A stretch of DNA of 64,000 nucleotides from an uncultured delta proteobacterium (GCA_963816145.1 CAWFJP010000003.1:672001-736000), one strand, 5' to 3'; shown: positions 10,709-21,061, counted from the first letter of the stretch. The notes: a model not told the origin generated them from the letters alone. Numbers and translations: made by a program.

Positions 10709-10732
10709 CAAATTCTCCTGTTGGGGTAATAA

Positions 10733-11734
10733 TTAGAACCGCCCTTCCCTTTCTAACCTTTTAACCACGCTATCGTCCACCAACTCCTCGGCCCTGAGGC
10801 GGCGGATCTTTTCGTTGCCGGCGCCGAGCAGGCGGATGACGTTGCGCACGCCATCGACGCTCGGATAGATTTTCCTTTCGTAGAGGTCGAGCATGCTTTG
10901 ATAGCCTTCGTCGGCGTCTTCGATGCGTTTGAGCCGCAGCCCCTTAGCCAAACTTCTGGTCACCTGCGATTTGTTTTCCGGATTGCGAATGAAAGCGACG
11001 CCGTCGAGCAGGCCTCTAACGACGTTTTCCACGTTCGCCACCGACGACGCAGATGCGATCGTGCTCCGCCGGGTAATGATTCCCGTGCCCTGATACGGGA
11101 TCGGCAGCTTGGCTAAATCGCCGAGCACATGAAACCCTTTATTTTGGACGATCTTGGCATAGGTGTAACTTAGATAAGCGCCGTCGATATTACCGGCCAG
11201 GAGGGCCTGCGAGACCACCGAGTTATCTCCCAGCCCGCGGATCTGGATCTTATCCCGTTCGGGCACGAGCCCCCAGTAATCGAGCGCCAGCATGGTAAAA
11301 ATCCAGGTGCCGCCGCTCAAACTGTTGACGCCGATACTATGCCCCCGCAATTCCGCGGGTGTTTTGATCCGCGGATTCGCCGCAAAGGCTCCGGTCAATC
11401 GATTGATGAAGCCGGCGACGAAAACCAGATCCGCGCCCTCGGAAATCGCGCCCAGGTTCGCTCCCGACACCGAACCCCAATGCAGCAACGACTCGCCGGA
11501 ACTGAGCGCCGCCATGCCGACCGGGCCGTTGCGCACCTGCACCAACGTGACATCGAGACCGTACTTGCGAAAGTAGCCCTGATCCTGAGCGACATACAGC
11601 GCCCCTTCACGCTCGCTCGCCGAGCCGGTGGTGATCAGCACCTTAGCCAACGGCGCCGCCGCATCAGCCCAGGGGCAATTGAAAATAAGCAAGACAAGCA
11701 AGAGGATTAACCGTTCCGCCAGTAAAACTCTCAC
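10733..11734 (-). CDS. SsuA/THI5-like substrate-binding protein
   Basis: ALYVAQDQGYFRKYGL; likely GTG start at 11734 after AGGAG. Confidence 0.85.
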   Translation of the reverse strand: MRVLLAERLILLLVLLIFNCPWADAAAPLAKVLITTGSASEREGALYVAQDQGYFRKYGLDVTLVQVRNGPVGMAALSSGESLLHWGSVSGANLGAISEGADLVFVAGFINRLTGAFAANPRIKTPAELRGHSIGVNSLSGGTWIFTMLALDYWGLVPERDKIQIRGLGDNSVVSQALLAGNIDGAYLSYTYAKIVQNKGFHVLGDLAKLPIPYQGTGIITRRSTIASASSVANVENVVRGLLDGVAFIRNPENKSQVTRSLAKGLRLKRIEDADEGYQSMLDLYERKIYPSVDGVRNVIRLLGAGNEKIRRLRAEELVDDSVVKRLEREGRF

Positions 11735-11822
11735 ATGAATTCTCCTGAAAATGGCCCAACCGATCTCTGACTCGCATCTCTGCAACACGCGCCGAGCCAA
11801 ACGACAACGTTAGGAGACGCGC

Positions 11823-12974
11823 CTAAAGAGGCCCATCGGGTCGTTTCCCTGACTTTATTAGCGCAATCTGCCCGGCTGCAAACGGCGAATCGAAAAGTTG
11901 CTCCCGCTCCTGATAGACGCGAAAGAAGTCGGCAATAAAATGCATGCGATCCGCAAAGTTCGCCCAATCATCCGCACCGCTGCCGCGCAAGCTATTTGGA
12001 GTCAAGTCGACCCTCGCCAGCAGTTCTTTCAGCCTCGGATTGGCGATCTGCAAAAGCGCTTCGGGGAATCGACTCGACAGATCCCGTCCCAGACGCAACA
12101 CCTCTGTACCCGACAAATGAAGCGTCATCAAATGATCGCTAATCACTTGGCGGATTAGTCGGTTTACCGCTTCGATAAGCTCGGCGAAGACGCGATCCAG
12201 ATCGGTAGTTTGACGCCGCAGAACACTCAAATGCGATCCGAACTTGAGACCTGGCACCACCCTCGCCATCAGATTGCTCTTTAATTCCTCGACACCGCTA
12301 AGCCCGGCATTAAGCGCCTCGGCAATCTCAGGCTGCAGCCGGGTTTGCTCGTGAAAGCCGGCGCATAGATTCGCCAGTAAGATCAACTCCGCTCTAATTT
12401 TGCCGGTTTGGAAACGCGCCTCGCCATAGGCCATGAAGGCTTCAGCGAGAAAACGTTGTCCAACCGGTGGATCGCCGGGACGCAACGTGGCGCAGAAACG
12501 CACGATCTTTTCTCGATTCAAGGAGGTGTCGACGCCAACGGCAGCGAGAAAACGTGCGAATTCACGGCCGATTTCGTCAAAGACTTTTTTGTTGCCCCGC
12601 GCAACCGCATCACTGGCGCGAGCAAATGCCGCGGCGGGATTGAGCGCCTGGAGAATTAGCGCACGAGCCATTTTGTCCTGCAATCGCGCGCTGATCCTCT
12701 TGAGATGGCTGCAAAGGCCCTCTAGCGCAGTGGAAACTTCGCATGACAAGTTAAACCGCTCCTCGAAAGCGCGGAGTAAATCCTCTTGGCGAATGGTTTG
12801 TCCGGCTTGTTTCGAAGCCCAGGTTGCAAACGTACACCAGTTGGCGGAAGCGCCAATCAATCCGGCGACGCACTGAGAGATCTCGTAGTAACACTGAGTG
12901 ATAGCGAGATTACGGATGATGGCATCGCCTTGTTGCGCGATCCGATCGATCTCCTCAACAGCGGGTGTGTTCAT
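11823..12974 (-). CDS. Hypothetical protein (mostly helical)
   Basis: 383-aa ORF with motif-like segments NWCTFATWAS, HEQTRLQP and DWANFADRM. Confidence 0.7.
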   Translation of the reverse strand: MNTPAVEEIDRIAQQGDAIIRNLAITQCYYEISQCVAGLIGASANWCTFATWASKQAGQTIRQEDLLRAFEERFNLSCEVSTALEGLCSHLKRISARLQDKMARALILQALNPAAAFARASDAVARGNKKVFDEIGREFARFLAAVGVDTSLNREKIVRFCATLRPGDPPVGQRFLAEAFMAYGEARFQTGKIRAELILLANLCAGFHEQTRLQPEIAEALNAGLSGVEELKSNLMARVVPGLKFGSHLSVLRRQTTDLDRVFAELIEAVNRLIRQVISDHLMTLHLSGTEVLRLGRDLSSRFPEALLQIANPRLKELLARVDLTPNSLRGSGADDWANFADRMHFIADFFRVYQEREQLFDSPFAAGQIALIKSGKRPDGPL

Positions 12975-13134
12975 AGATTAGTGAGAAGCCAAGAAAAGGC
13001 TTGCGCTGTTGCCGTGATTGCCGCCGCTTCTTAGTGCGTGAGTTTACCGGCATGCGCGCCGCGTGACAAGATACATCCGCACGACAGGCCAGTTCGCAGT
13101 CAAATCGTGTCGCCGACCGGTGCTTCAGAGTCAA

Positions 13135-13272
13135 TTCGGCATGATTGAAATCCCTCGCCCTAAGACAAAAATCGGTTCCGTCATTCCGGCGGAAGCCGGA
13201 ATCCAGGTTTTGAATCCCCGCCCCACTGGATGGGTGGGAATCGCCTTCGAGTCGTCGTCGATCGAATCCCTT
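13135..13272. repeat. Mini-element containing a GTCATTCCGGCGGAAGCCGGAATCCAG (dRS3-like) palindrome
   Basis: Palindrome at 13180-13206; flank resembles the reverse complement of 14499-14545. Confidence 0.65.
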
Positions 13273-13274
13273 AG

Positions 13275-14333
13275 TCACTTCGGCGCTTCGTGGGCGAGCC
13301 GCTTGTACATGCTGAGGATCTCCGGGCGCCAATCAGTGTACTGTTTCACGTCTTCAACAACTTCCTTGCCACTGAACATCTGCTCGAACGGGTTGCCTTC
13401 GAGAACCAAATCTTCCCAATCTTTGCGGAACGCCGGGTCCTTGCCGACCTTCAACAACGCCTCCTCAACGATAGTACGGATCGATTCTGGAGTCCCGGGC
13501 GGGAAGGCCATGGCTCCACCGAGCCGGTCGGTGGAGTTGATTTTGTGAATAATGTTTCGCTGCACGTCGGTCTTGGCGAACTGCATGATCGACGGCACCC
13601 CGTCGAAGATCGGATGCTTGATCGGCGGCAGCTCCTCGGGCAACGTCATGGCGACCAGCGCAACCACCTCGCGTTTGGCAAACAACTCCGGGCGATCGGT
13701 CAACATGGATGCCGCGTCGTTGACGCGGCCCTGAATCTCGCCCTGCTCCAAGGCAACGTAGAGCTGCAACGTGTCATAGCCCAACACCCAGCGAACCTTG
13801 AGGCCGAGAATGTCGGCGATCAGCCGGGAGTAGAGGTAACTGCGGTTACCGACGCCCTGGGCCCCGAGCGTAACTTCTCGCTTGCGCAGCTCGTCCAAGG
13901 TCTTGATGCCTGCGCGTTGATGCATGAACAACGCGTTGCGCTGCTTGCCGGTGCTGGGAGCGCCGACGTAAACGAAGCTGCGCGGGTCGTAGGTCGCGCC
14001 CGGCGCACCGAAATAAGGTGCCTCCAGATACGAAGAGATCACCATCGACAGGAAGCTACCGTCGGTGGCGCCTTTGCTAAGCGCCAGCATCGCCGGAATA
14101 CCCTGCCCGCCGGTTTTGTTTTGAATCAAAAAGATCGGGTTGCCGGGAGTATACTTAGTCAGATACCTTGCCAGAGTTCGCGCGATGCGGTCCTGCCGGC
14201 CGCCCGCCGGAGCGCCGACCTGCAAAGTTACAGTCTTTCCCTGGAAATAGGCTTGTTGCGCCGCGTGCGCGGGCAACTGAAAAATGCATAAGACATAAAC
14301 CAACACTCCGACGATGCTCGTATTTATCATCAT
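13275..14333 (-). CDS. Bug/TctC-family tripartite tricarboxylate transporter receptor
   Basis: YFQGKTV...GGRQD..AR...PGNP, LEQGEIQG, PPGTP; true start ATG 14333 (RBS CAGGAG). The longer ORF reads through repeats. Confidence 0.85.
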   Translation of the reverse strand: MMINTSIVGVLVYVLCIFQLPAHAAQQAYFQGKTVTLQVGAPAGGRQDRIARTLARYLTKYTPGNPIFLIQNKTGGQGIPAMLALSKGATDGSFLSMVISSYLEAPYFGAPGATYDPRSFVYVGAPSTGKQRNALFMHQRAGIKTLDELRKREVTLGAQGVGNRSYLYSRLIADILGLKVRWVLGYDTLQLYVALEQGEIQGRVNDAASMLTDRPELFAKREVVALVAMTLPEELPPIKHPIFDGVPSIMQFAKTDVQRNIIHKINSTDRLGGAMAFPPGTPESIRTIVEEALLKVGKDPAFRKDWEDLVLEGNPFEQMFSGKEVVEDVKQYTDWRPEILSMYKRLAHEAPK

Positions 14334-14349
14334 GTCTGCTCCTGAACAC

Positions 14350-14556
14350 TGAAGGCCCTCGGCTCCAAGCCGAGGGGTTCTGAATTCGTCGACTGGAAGT
14401 CGACTCTTTCTTTCGTCATTCCGGCGCAGGCCGGAATCCAGATTTTCCTCGGCCTTTCTACGAAACCGAAGATGGATGCCGGCCTTCGCCGGCATGACAA
14501 ATCCTCTCTTCACTTGAAGTCGAGAGATTTCAACTATCCCGAAAGGGACATTAACC
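14350..14556. repeat. Mini-element with an inverted pair of dRS3-like palindromes and terminal hairpins
   Basis: GTCATTCCGGCGCAGGCCGGAATCCAG 14415-14441, inverted copy 14473-14498, hairpin CCCTCGGCT-cca-AGCCGAGGG at about 14356-14376. Confidence 0.7.
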
Positions 14557-14772
14557 TTTACGCATCGGTCTTTAAGTCGAATCTGAACCGATTCTCGATT
14601 TACCGCAATACTTAATCGCGACCCGACTATCTTGCATTCCGCATTAATCACCGCAGATGGGTTTCCCTTTTATGAGTTTTTCAAGTAAGCGATGAACCAA
14701 CTGAACGCTTCATTCAAACTTCACAGGTTCAATGGTTCAAGGTCGTATCCAAGAAGAGATAGGAGAACAGCC

Positions 14773-15669
14773 ATGGAGACAACCGGAGACACAATCTACG
14801 AATGGGACAAGAACCCGCGCATGCCGGTGCCGGCGCCACCGGCGGGGAGCTGCGACTGCCAGTTTCACATCTACGAGGATCCGGCGCAGTTTCCGCCACG
14901 CGCCAATGCGCCCTACCCGCCGATCGAGAGCGCGACCTTCAGCGAAGCACAGCGCATGCACAAGGCGATCGGCTTCAGCCGCGGCGTCATCGTCCACAGC
15001 GCGATCTACGGCAGCGATCATCGACTCTTGCTGCACGCCCTCGAAGGGCTGAACGATCGCGACCGTTACCGCGGTATCGGCATTGTCGACGATCGGGTTT
15101 CCGACAAGGAATTGGAACGGCTCCACGCCGCCGGCGTGCGCGGCGCGCGCTTTAACTTCGTCCGCTTCTTCGCCATGGAACAGCGTGAGGCCGAGGTCCG
15201 GCGCTCGATGGCGCGCATCAAGGAACTCGGCTGGCACGCCCGGCTGCATGTCAACGGCGAAGACCTGCTGGAGAATTCAACGCTGCTCCGTTCTTTCAAA
15301 GATATTCCGATGGTGATCGACCATTTCGGCCATGTCGGCTTTGAAGGCGGGCTAGAGCGGCCGGTGATCCGCTGGGTGCTCGATTCGCTCAAGCTGGACA
15401 ACTGGTGGGTGATGGTTTCCAACGGCAATCGCGATTCGAAGATGACCACGGGCTGGCACGACGCCCTGCCCTACGGCAAGGCTTTCATCGACGCTGCTCC
15501 CGACCGTATCGTCTGGGGCACCGATTGGCCCCACCCGCAATGGAAGAAACGCATGATGAACGACGCCGAAGAAGTCGAACTGCTCTACCGCTACGTCGAC
15601 GGCGACGCGGCGTTGCTGCAGAAGATTTTAGTCGACAACCCGGCGCGGCTGCACGGATTTAACAAGTAG
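14773..15669 (+). CDS. Amidohydrolase, 2-pyrone-4,6-dicarboxylate lactonase (LigI)-like family
   Basis: P.GSCDCQFHIY, LHAAGVRGARFN, VIDHFG, WGTDWPHP; RBS AGGAG. Confidence 0.85.
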   Translation: METTGDTIYEWDKNPRMPVPAPPAGSCDCQFHIYEDPAQFPPRANAPYPPIESATFSEAQRMHKAIGFSRGVIVHSAIYGSDHRLLLHALEGLNDRDRYRGIGIVDDRVSDKELERLHAAGVRGARFNFVRFFAMEQREAEVRRSMARIKELGWHARLHVNGEDLLENSTLLRSFKDIPMVIDHFGHVGFEGGLERPVIRWVLDSLKLDNWWVMVSNGNRDSKMTTGWHDALPYGKAFIDAAPDRIVWGTDWPHPQWKKRMMNDAEEVELLYRYVDGDAALLQKILVDNPARLHGFNK

Positions 15670-15706
15670 CGATTGGACGTACTGATTCGCGATGTAAAAT
15701 CCAACC

Positions 15707-15787
15707 TCACCACGAAGATCACGAAGGACACGAAGGTTCGGAGAATAAATATTCCGCACTTCGTGCTCTTCGTGTCCTTCGTGGTGA
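15707..15787. repeat. CACGAAG-type inverted repeat (also 18357-18436, 19739-19817, 50106-50184; variant at 48885-48958)
   Basis: TCACCACGAAG..CACGAAG..CACGAAG facing TTCGTG..CTTCGTG..CTTCGTGGTGA, with 9-nt periodic arms. Confidence 0.85.
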
Positions 15788-15839
15788 AATAAAATTGTCG
15801 CATCGGAGCGGATTCTAGCCTCATTATCCAACTCTCGGT

Positions 15840-16928
15840 TCAAGCGGTGAAGCCATAAAACCGCGCCGCGTTGCCGCGCAGGATCGCCTGCTTGGCGCTA
15901 TCGCCGATCTCCTTGCGCTCGCGCACTTCGCGAATTTCCTTCCTGACCGTGTGCAGGTTCACTTCGTGCGGAAAGTCCGACGAAAACATGAAAGCCTGCT
16001 CGCCGGCCACGTGGATTGCGTAGGGCAGATCGCTTTCGCCGCCTTCGATTCCCACCACCAAGCGGCCAGCCCGTACCAGTCCGAAGATGTACTCCGACAC
16101 GGTCTGCCCCTTGGGCAATTGCAGCAGCTCTCCACGCGGATTGACCGGCGTACCCGCTTCGAAGGACCGCGACAAACGTTCGAGCGCCATGAGAAACCAC
16201 AGCGGACCGCCTTCGAGAAAAGCCACGCGCAGCCCTGTAAAGCGGTCGAACAAATTATTCAACACCATCTCCGCCAGAGCGATCGCCAGTGACATCGGAT
16301 GGCCGATGGCGTTGGCGCCGGTGGAAACGTTCATGGTTTCCATCCCCAAATCCCAATGGCCGCCGCCGTGCACGACCACCGGAATCCCCAAGCGCGCCGC
16401 TTCAGCGTACACCGGCCAGTAGGGTTTGGCGCCGAGATTCAAATGTACACCGGTGGCGGGAAACAGTACCGAGCACATGCCCAAGTCTTTGTGCGCATGT
16501 TGCAGCTCGGCCAACGCCGCGTCGGAATCATGCATCGGTATCAGGGCGACGCCTTTGAAGCGCCGATCGCGCTGTAAATAGGTCTCAGCCAGCCAGTCGT
16601 TGTACGCTCGCGCCGCGCCGCAAGCATAGTCGCGGTCGACTATGCGGCCGATGCGTTGACCAGCAGTGGGAAAGAGCACCGCGTTGTCGATCTCCGCCTC
16701 CTCCATGAATTTGATCCAGCCCTCAGGTCCGGGGTTCACGAAACGGCCTTCGGCGTTGGTCGCAAAAGCGCCGGGGGGCGTACGGGTCAGTGAATACTGA
16801 ATATGGCTGTTAAGCGGAAACACGCCGCTGCGTAGTCGCGCGCCGCTGGCGCTGTAGGGAAAGTGACGGGCGATGCCGTCGCTGTCCTCGAAAATATGGC
16901 CGTCACCGTCAATAATATTTTGTGACAT
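15840..16928 (-). CDS. Amidohydrolase family protein (Amidohydro_2)
   Basis: IIDGDGH, RAYNDWL, FLEGG, FSSDFPHE. Confidence 0.9.
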   Translation of the reverse strand: MSQNIIDGDGHIFEDSDGIARHFPYSASGARLRSGVFPLNSHIQYSLTRTPPGAFATNAEGRFVNPGPEGWIKFMEEAEIDNAVLFPTAGQRIGRIVDRDYACGAARAYNDWLAETYLQRDRRFKGVALIPMHDSDAALAELQHAHKDLGMCSVLFPATGVHLNLGAKPYWPVYAEAARLGIPVVVHGGGHWDLGMETMNVSTGANAIGHPMSLAIALAEMVLNNLFDRFTGLRVAFLEGGPLWFLMALERLSRSFEAGTPVNPRGELLQLPKGQTVSEYIFGLVRAGRLVVGIEGGESDLPYAIHVAGEQAFMFSSDFPHEVNLHTVRKEIREVRERKEIGDSAKQAILRGNAARFYGFTA

Positions 16929-17063
16929 GGAACCTCCCTGCCTTGAGCCGATCTTTGTGAAGCACTGCGGAAATCTTATCGCGACGACGTGTCGCGATAG
17001 CTTCTGCCTGATAACACCCGCCGAGGAAAATTGTCAAACTGGGGTAGCGGCCGAGTGAGACCT

Positions 17064-17134
17064 AGATCTCTCACTTCGTTCGAGATGACAAATCCAATAC
17101 TCTCCAGTGTCATTTCGAGCGAAGCGAGAAATCT
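17064..17134. repeat. GTCAT-type palindrome pair (GTCATTTCGAGCGAAGCGAGAAATCT family; also 46651-46727)
   Basis: Two inverted copies separated by a short spacer. Confidence 0.75.
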
Positions 17135-17263
17135 CTCTCGGAAGGAAGATGTATGCCGGACTCGCACTGATCAACCAGCCAAATTGGCTTTAAATAATTC
17201 AGTTTGCCCGCACCCGGCGGACGCGCTATGTTTCGATAAAATCGAAACCCAGGAGGATTGACC

Positions 17264-18316
17264 ATGGCCGATACCAGACCCAACTATTCGACGCCGAGCG
17301 CAGTTCGCTCGGTGACATCCTATCCCGCGCGCCGCGGCTTTAAACAAGGACCGGTTGATCCATCGCTCGACTACGTCATCGGCGTCGACGACTCCATCGA
17401 CATCCATTGTCACGCCCACGAGGGCCAGCAAGACGCGCTCGGTGTCGCCAAGCTCGCTTCGAAAAGCCACATGGCAGGGATCCTCTACAAAACCATCGTC
17501 GGCCGCAAAGACTCGGCAGCGACGGTCGCAGGCATCCGCAAGACCCTCGAGTCATGGTGCGCCGAAAAAGGCTACACCCCCGTGCATCTATGGGCCGGCG
17601 CGTCGGTCACTCAAGGTTTTCTGTCGAAGATCGAGCCGGCGTGGTGCGAGAACAACTTAAAATCCGGCGTCAAAGGTTTGTGGATGCCCAATAACACTTC
17701 GGCAAACACGCTCAACATTGTCGGCGGCAAGCCTAGCGCCTGGGATAAAAATGCCGATCCCAAAGCGCATACCGAACCGCTGTCCTGGGAAGACTCACTC
17801 AAGTACGGCCATTATCTGCTCGACGACAAAGGTCGCCTGTTACCGGAGATCGAAGAGATATTCCGCATGGCCCATGATCACAACGCAGCGGTCTTCTTCG
17901 GCCATCCGACCAAACCGGAGTACCGCGCCATGGTTGAATACTGTCAAAAGATCGGCTTCAAGCGCGGCGTCGTCGACCACCCCTTCAGCCCCTTCGTCAG
18001 TCTGACCATCGAGGAGATGAAAGAAGCCGGCGCCGCCGGCCTGTGGATCAACTTCACCTACGATGAGTTGTCGCCGCTGCTCGGCATCGATCCGGGAAAC
18101 ATGTACAAAGCGATCCGCACGGTCGGACCAGAGCACTGCACGTTATCGTCAGACGCCGGTGAACCGCTATTCCCCAACTCGGTGGAATCGCTGCGGCTCT
18201 TGCGCGGCCATATGTCGGCCTTCGGCTGCACCGACGAAGAGATATACACCATGTGCACGGTGAATCCGGCATTCATCGTTGGTTTGGAAGTACCGAGGCA
18301 ACAGCGGGCGCACTAG
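17264..18316 (+). CDS. DUF6282-like metal-dependent hydrolase (TIM barrel)
   Basis: IDIHCH, LWMP, FGH, VDHP, LSSDAG, NPA; RBS AGGAGG. Confidence 0.75.
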   Translation: MADTRPNYSTPSAVRSVTSYPARRGFKQGPVDPSLDYVIGVDDSIDIHCHAHEGQQDALGVAKLASKSHMAGILYKTIVGRKDSAATVAGIRKTLESWCAEKGYTPVHLWAGASVTQGFLSKIEPAWCENNLKSGVKGLWMPNNTSANTLNIVGGKPSAWDKNADPKAHTEPLSWEDSLKYGHYLLDDKGRLLPEIEEIFRMAHDHNAAVFFGHPTKPEYRAMVEYCQKIGFKRGVVDHPFSPFVSLTIEEMKEAGAAGLWINFTYDELSPLLGIDPGNMYKAIRTVGPEHCTLSSDAGEPLFPNSVESLRLLRGHMSAFGCTDEEIYTMCTVNPAFIVGLEVPRQQRAH

Positions 18317-18464
18317 CCAGTCACTGCGAATTACTACGGTTCAACAAAATGTTATCTCACCACGAAGGCACGAAGGACACGAAGGTTTCGGATGATGGCA
18401 ATTCCAAACTTCGTGCTCTTCGTGCCTTCGTGGTGAAAACCATCGGCGCTTCTTAAGCTAAAAT

Positions 18465-18614
18465 CTAGGCGCTACCGCTCTCAACATCGTGGGTTTCGCA
18501 GTATTCGACAACCTCCACCAACTCTTCCACTGGACTGCCGGGCACGGACTCGTACCACTGCCGGCAGCCGCATTCGGCTTCGAAGTAGTCTTTTCTGATC
18601 GGTGGCTTTTCCAT
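18465..18614 (-). CDS. Putative 49-aa Cys/His microprotein (CGC...CETH), probably leaderless
   Basis: MEKPPIRKDYFEAECGCRQWYESVPGSPVEELVEVVEYCETHDVESGSA*; TTGTCG-N18-TATAAA with extended TG ends 8 nt before the ATG. Confidence 0.55.
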   Translation of the reverse strand: MEKPPIRKDYFEAECGCRQWYESVPGSPVEELVEVVEYCETHDVESGSA

Positions 18615-18705
18615 AGGTAATTTTTATAGCACCGTTCATGCGTCGTCGACAAATGTCATCCGTCGACTTTGATTTCCGGCCGATTCACGATATATCCGGC
18701 CTGGT

Positions 18706-19716
18706 ATGGAATACGGGATTTTTGACCATTTGGATCGCAACGATCTGCCGCTCAACGAGTTTTACGAGGCGCGTCTCAAACTTATCGAAGCCTACGAGCG
18801 CGCCGGCTTTTACGCCTACCATCTGGCCGAGCACCACTCGACGCCGATCGGCATGGCGCCGTCGCCGAGCGTGTTTCTTTCCGCCATCGCTCAGCGGACA
18901 AAAACACTGCGCTTCGGGCCGATGGTCTACGCCTTGCCGTTGCACCATCCGCTGCGCTTGATCGAAGAAATCTGCATGGTCGATCAATTGAGCGGCGGGC
19001 GCTTGGAGATCGGTTTCGGCCGCGGCTCGTCGCCCACGGAAAACGCTCTTTATGGCCAAGATCCGGCACAGGCGCAGGATATGTACACCGAGGGGCGCGA
19101 GCTGATCCTCCAGGGACTGACGCAAAAGACCCTCACCTACGAAGGTAAACACTACCGATTCAAAGACGTGCCGATGGAACTCGAGCCGTTGCAAAAACCC
19201 CATCCGCCGATGTGGTACGGCGTTCATTCCGTCGAAGCCGCCGAGCGCGCCGCGAGACAAAATCTAAACATGATCAGCCTCGATTCGGCCAAGGACACAC
19301 GCAGCTTCAACGGCAAGTTTCGCGAAACCTGGCGCGCGCTGCACGGCGACAAGCCGACACCTAAACTCGGCCTGAGCCGCTTCATCGTCATCGCCGATAC
19401 CGACCCGGAAGCGCTGACCATCGCGCGCCGCGCCTATCCCGTGTGGCATCGCAATTTTTACTTTCTGGCTCACCTCAGCGGTCGTATGCCGGCCCACCCG
19501 CGCTCGCCCGAGTTCGACAAAATGATGGAACTCGGCCAGGCGGTGGCCGGTAGCGGGCAATCCGTCTATCAATTTTTACAGCGCGAGGTCGATGAGTCGG
19601 CAGCGAACTATCTCGTCGGGCAATTTGCCTTCGGCGATCTCACTCTCGCCGAGTCGCTGCGCACCGTGGAGCTGTTTCGAAAAGAAGTGATGCCGAAGAT
19701 GAAAGAATACACCTAG
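18706..19716 (+). CDS. LLM class flavin-dependent oxidoreductase
   Basis: AEHH, PSPSVFL, DQLSGGRLEIGFGRG, PLQKPHPP. Confidence 0.92.
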   Translation: MEYGIFDHLDRNDLPLNEFYEARLKLIEAYERAGFYAYHLAEHHSTPIGMAPSPSVFLSAIAQRTKTLRFGPMVYALPLHHPLRLIEEICMVDQLSGGRLEIGFGRGSSPTENALYGQDPAQAQDMYTEGRELILQGLTQKTLTYEGKHYRFKDVPMELEPLQKPHPPMWYGVHSVEAAERAARQNLNMISLDSAKDTRSFNGKFRETWRALHGDKPTPKLGLSRFIVIADTDPEALTIARRAYPVWHRNFYFLAHLSGRMPAHPRSPEFDKMMELGQAVAGSGQSVYQFLQREVDESAANYLVGQFAFGDLTLAESLRTVELFRKEVMPKMKEYT

Positions 19717-19882
19717 CAGTTACGCGCGGCAGACGGTTTCACCACGAAGACACGAAGAGCACAAAGTTCGAAAAATATTAGATCCGACACGTTCGTGTCC
19801 TTCGTGCCTTCGTGGTGTGAGAACCAAGTACAGACAGCGCACGCTCAAGAACGAATTGTAAGAAGCTAAGGAGGAATCAGCA

Positions 19883-20714
19883 ATGGAAAGAATTGGCTTT
19901 GTCGGCACCGGGGCGATGGGCTCTGCCCTATTGTCGCGTTTGAAACTCGCCAACGTTTCGGCGGTGAGTTTTGACATAGCGCCAAAGGCGCAGGAGGCTG
20001 CGCGCGCCGAGGGCGCGCAAACGTTGAACTCAGCCAAGGAAGTCGCCCAGGCCTGCACCATCATCGATGTGGTCGTCCGCACCGATCAAGACGTGCTCGA
20101 CTGCATGCTCGGAGAAAACGGCGTCGTCGAGGGGGCCGCGCCGGGGACGCTGGTCTTGCTCCATAGCACGATCCGCCCGACCACCACCAAGAATGTAGCC
20201 TTGTCCGCGGCGGACAAACGGGTCAACGTCATCGACGCCTGCATGACCGCCGTACCCAACGTCGTGCGCCAGGGCGGTTTGACGTTTCTCGTCGGCGGCC
20301 AAAAGGCCTTTTTCGACCGCGCCAAGCCCCATCTCATGAACATGGCCAAAGACGCCGTGTACATGGGCCCGCTCGGCTGCGGCAACGTCACCAAGCTATT
20401 TCAAAAACATGGTCACCGCCTCGGAAGCTTTGGTCGTCTACGAGGCGCTGCAGATCGCCAAGGCCGGCGGCATCGGCTACAAAGCCGCCCTCGATCTCAT
20501 GAAGAAAACCAAATCAGCAAATATTTTGGATCGCTGGGAAACCCGTTTCCAACTGTCGGGCAACGAGATGACTTTCAATCCCGGCACTAACCTCTACGAC
20601 AAGGATCTGCCGCTCGCTGCCGAAGTCGGCAAAACTCTCGGCGCCGAGATTCCAGTCGTCGAAGCGCTGGCGGCACTAGGGATCAAATTGAACGGCGGCA
20701 AGGTCAGCATCTGA
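19883..20714 (+). CDS. NAD(P)-dependent oxidoreductase (3-hydroxyisobutyrate dehydrogenase family), frameshift near 20400
   Basis: GFVGTGAMG; G.G..TKL continues as KNM...KDL in another frame after TTT 20399-20401. Confidence 0.85.
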
Positions 20715-20719
20715 GAAAA

Positions 20720-20793
20720 AGGCGGAAGGATGAGGCATGAAGGATGAAGTAAGTGTGAACGATTCGATTCATCCTTCCGCCTTCATCCTTCAT
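20720..20793. repeat. Heptamer-periodic inverted repeat (AGGATGA type; a similar CAGAAT/TTCTGG type at 59640-59745)
   Basis: GGCGGAAGGATGAGGCATGAAGGATGAA facing TTCATCCTTCCGCCTTCATCCTTCAT. Confidence 0.7.
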
Positions 20794-20803
20794 GCTTGCC
20801 CGT

Positions 20804-21052
20804 ATGCATAACCGTACTTATCAAGGCCACGGCGTTGAACTCGACGCCGAAGAAGTTCGCGCCGGCGAATGGGTAGCGCGCGCCACCGTGGTGATTGACG
20901 CCGGTCAGAAGCCCAAGCGCATTCCGATCTTCGGCCGGCGCCGCGCCACTTTCGACAGCCAAGAACAGGCCGACTCCTACGGTTTCGAACTGGCAAAACT
21001 TTGGATCGACGGCAAACTGTCGGGGGCAAACGGCCACGGGCTGCCCGACTGA
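20804..21052 (+). CDS. Small hypothetical protein
   Basis: MHNRTYQGHGVEL...AKLWIDG; its end overlaps the RBS region of the next gene. Confidence 0.65.
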   Translation: MHNRTYQGHGVELDAEEVRAGEWVARATVVIDAGQKPKRIPIFGRRRATFDSQEQADSYGFELAKLWIDGKLSGANGHGLPD

Positions 21053-21061
21053 GGAGAATTG

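Noticed and set aside
14334-14651. N-terminal ORF extensions (also 43441-43704, 25123-25227, 53181-53291, 34662-34886)
   Set aside because: They read through repeats or neighbouring genes; better starts lie downstream, most with an RBS.
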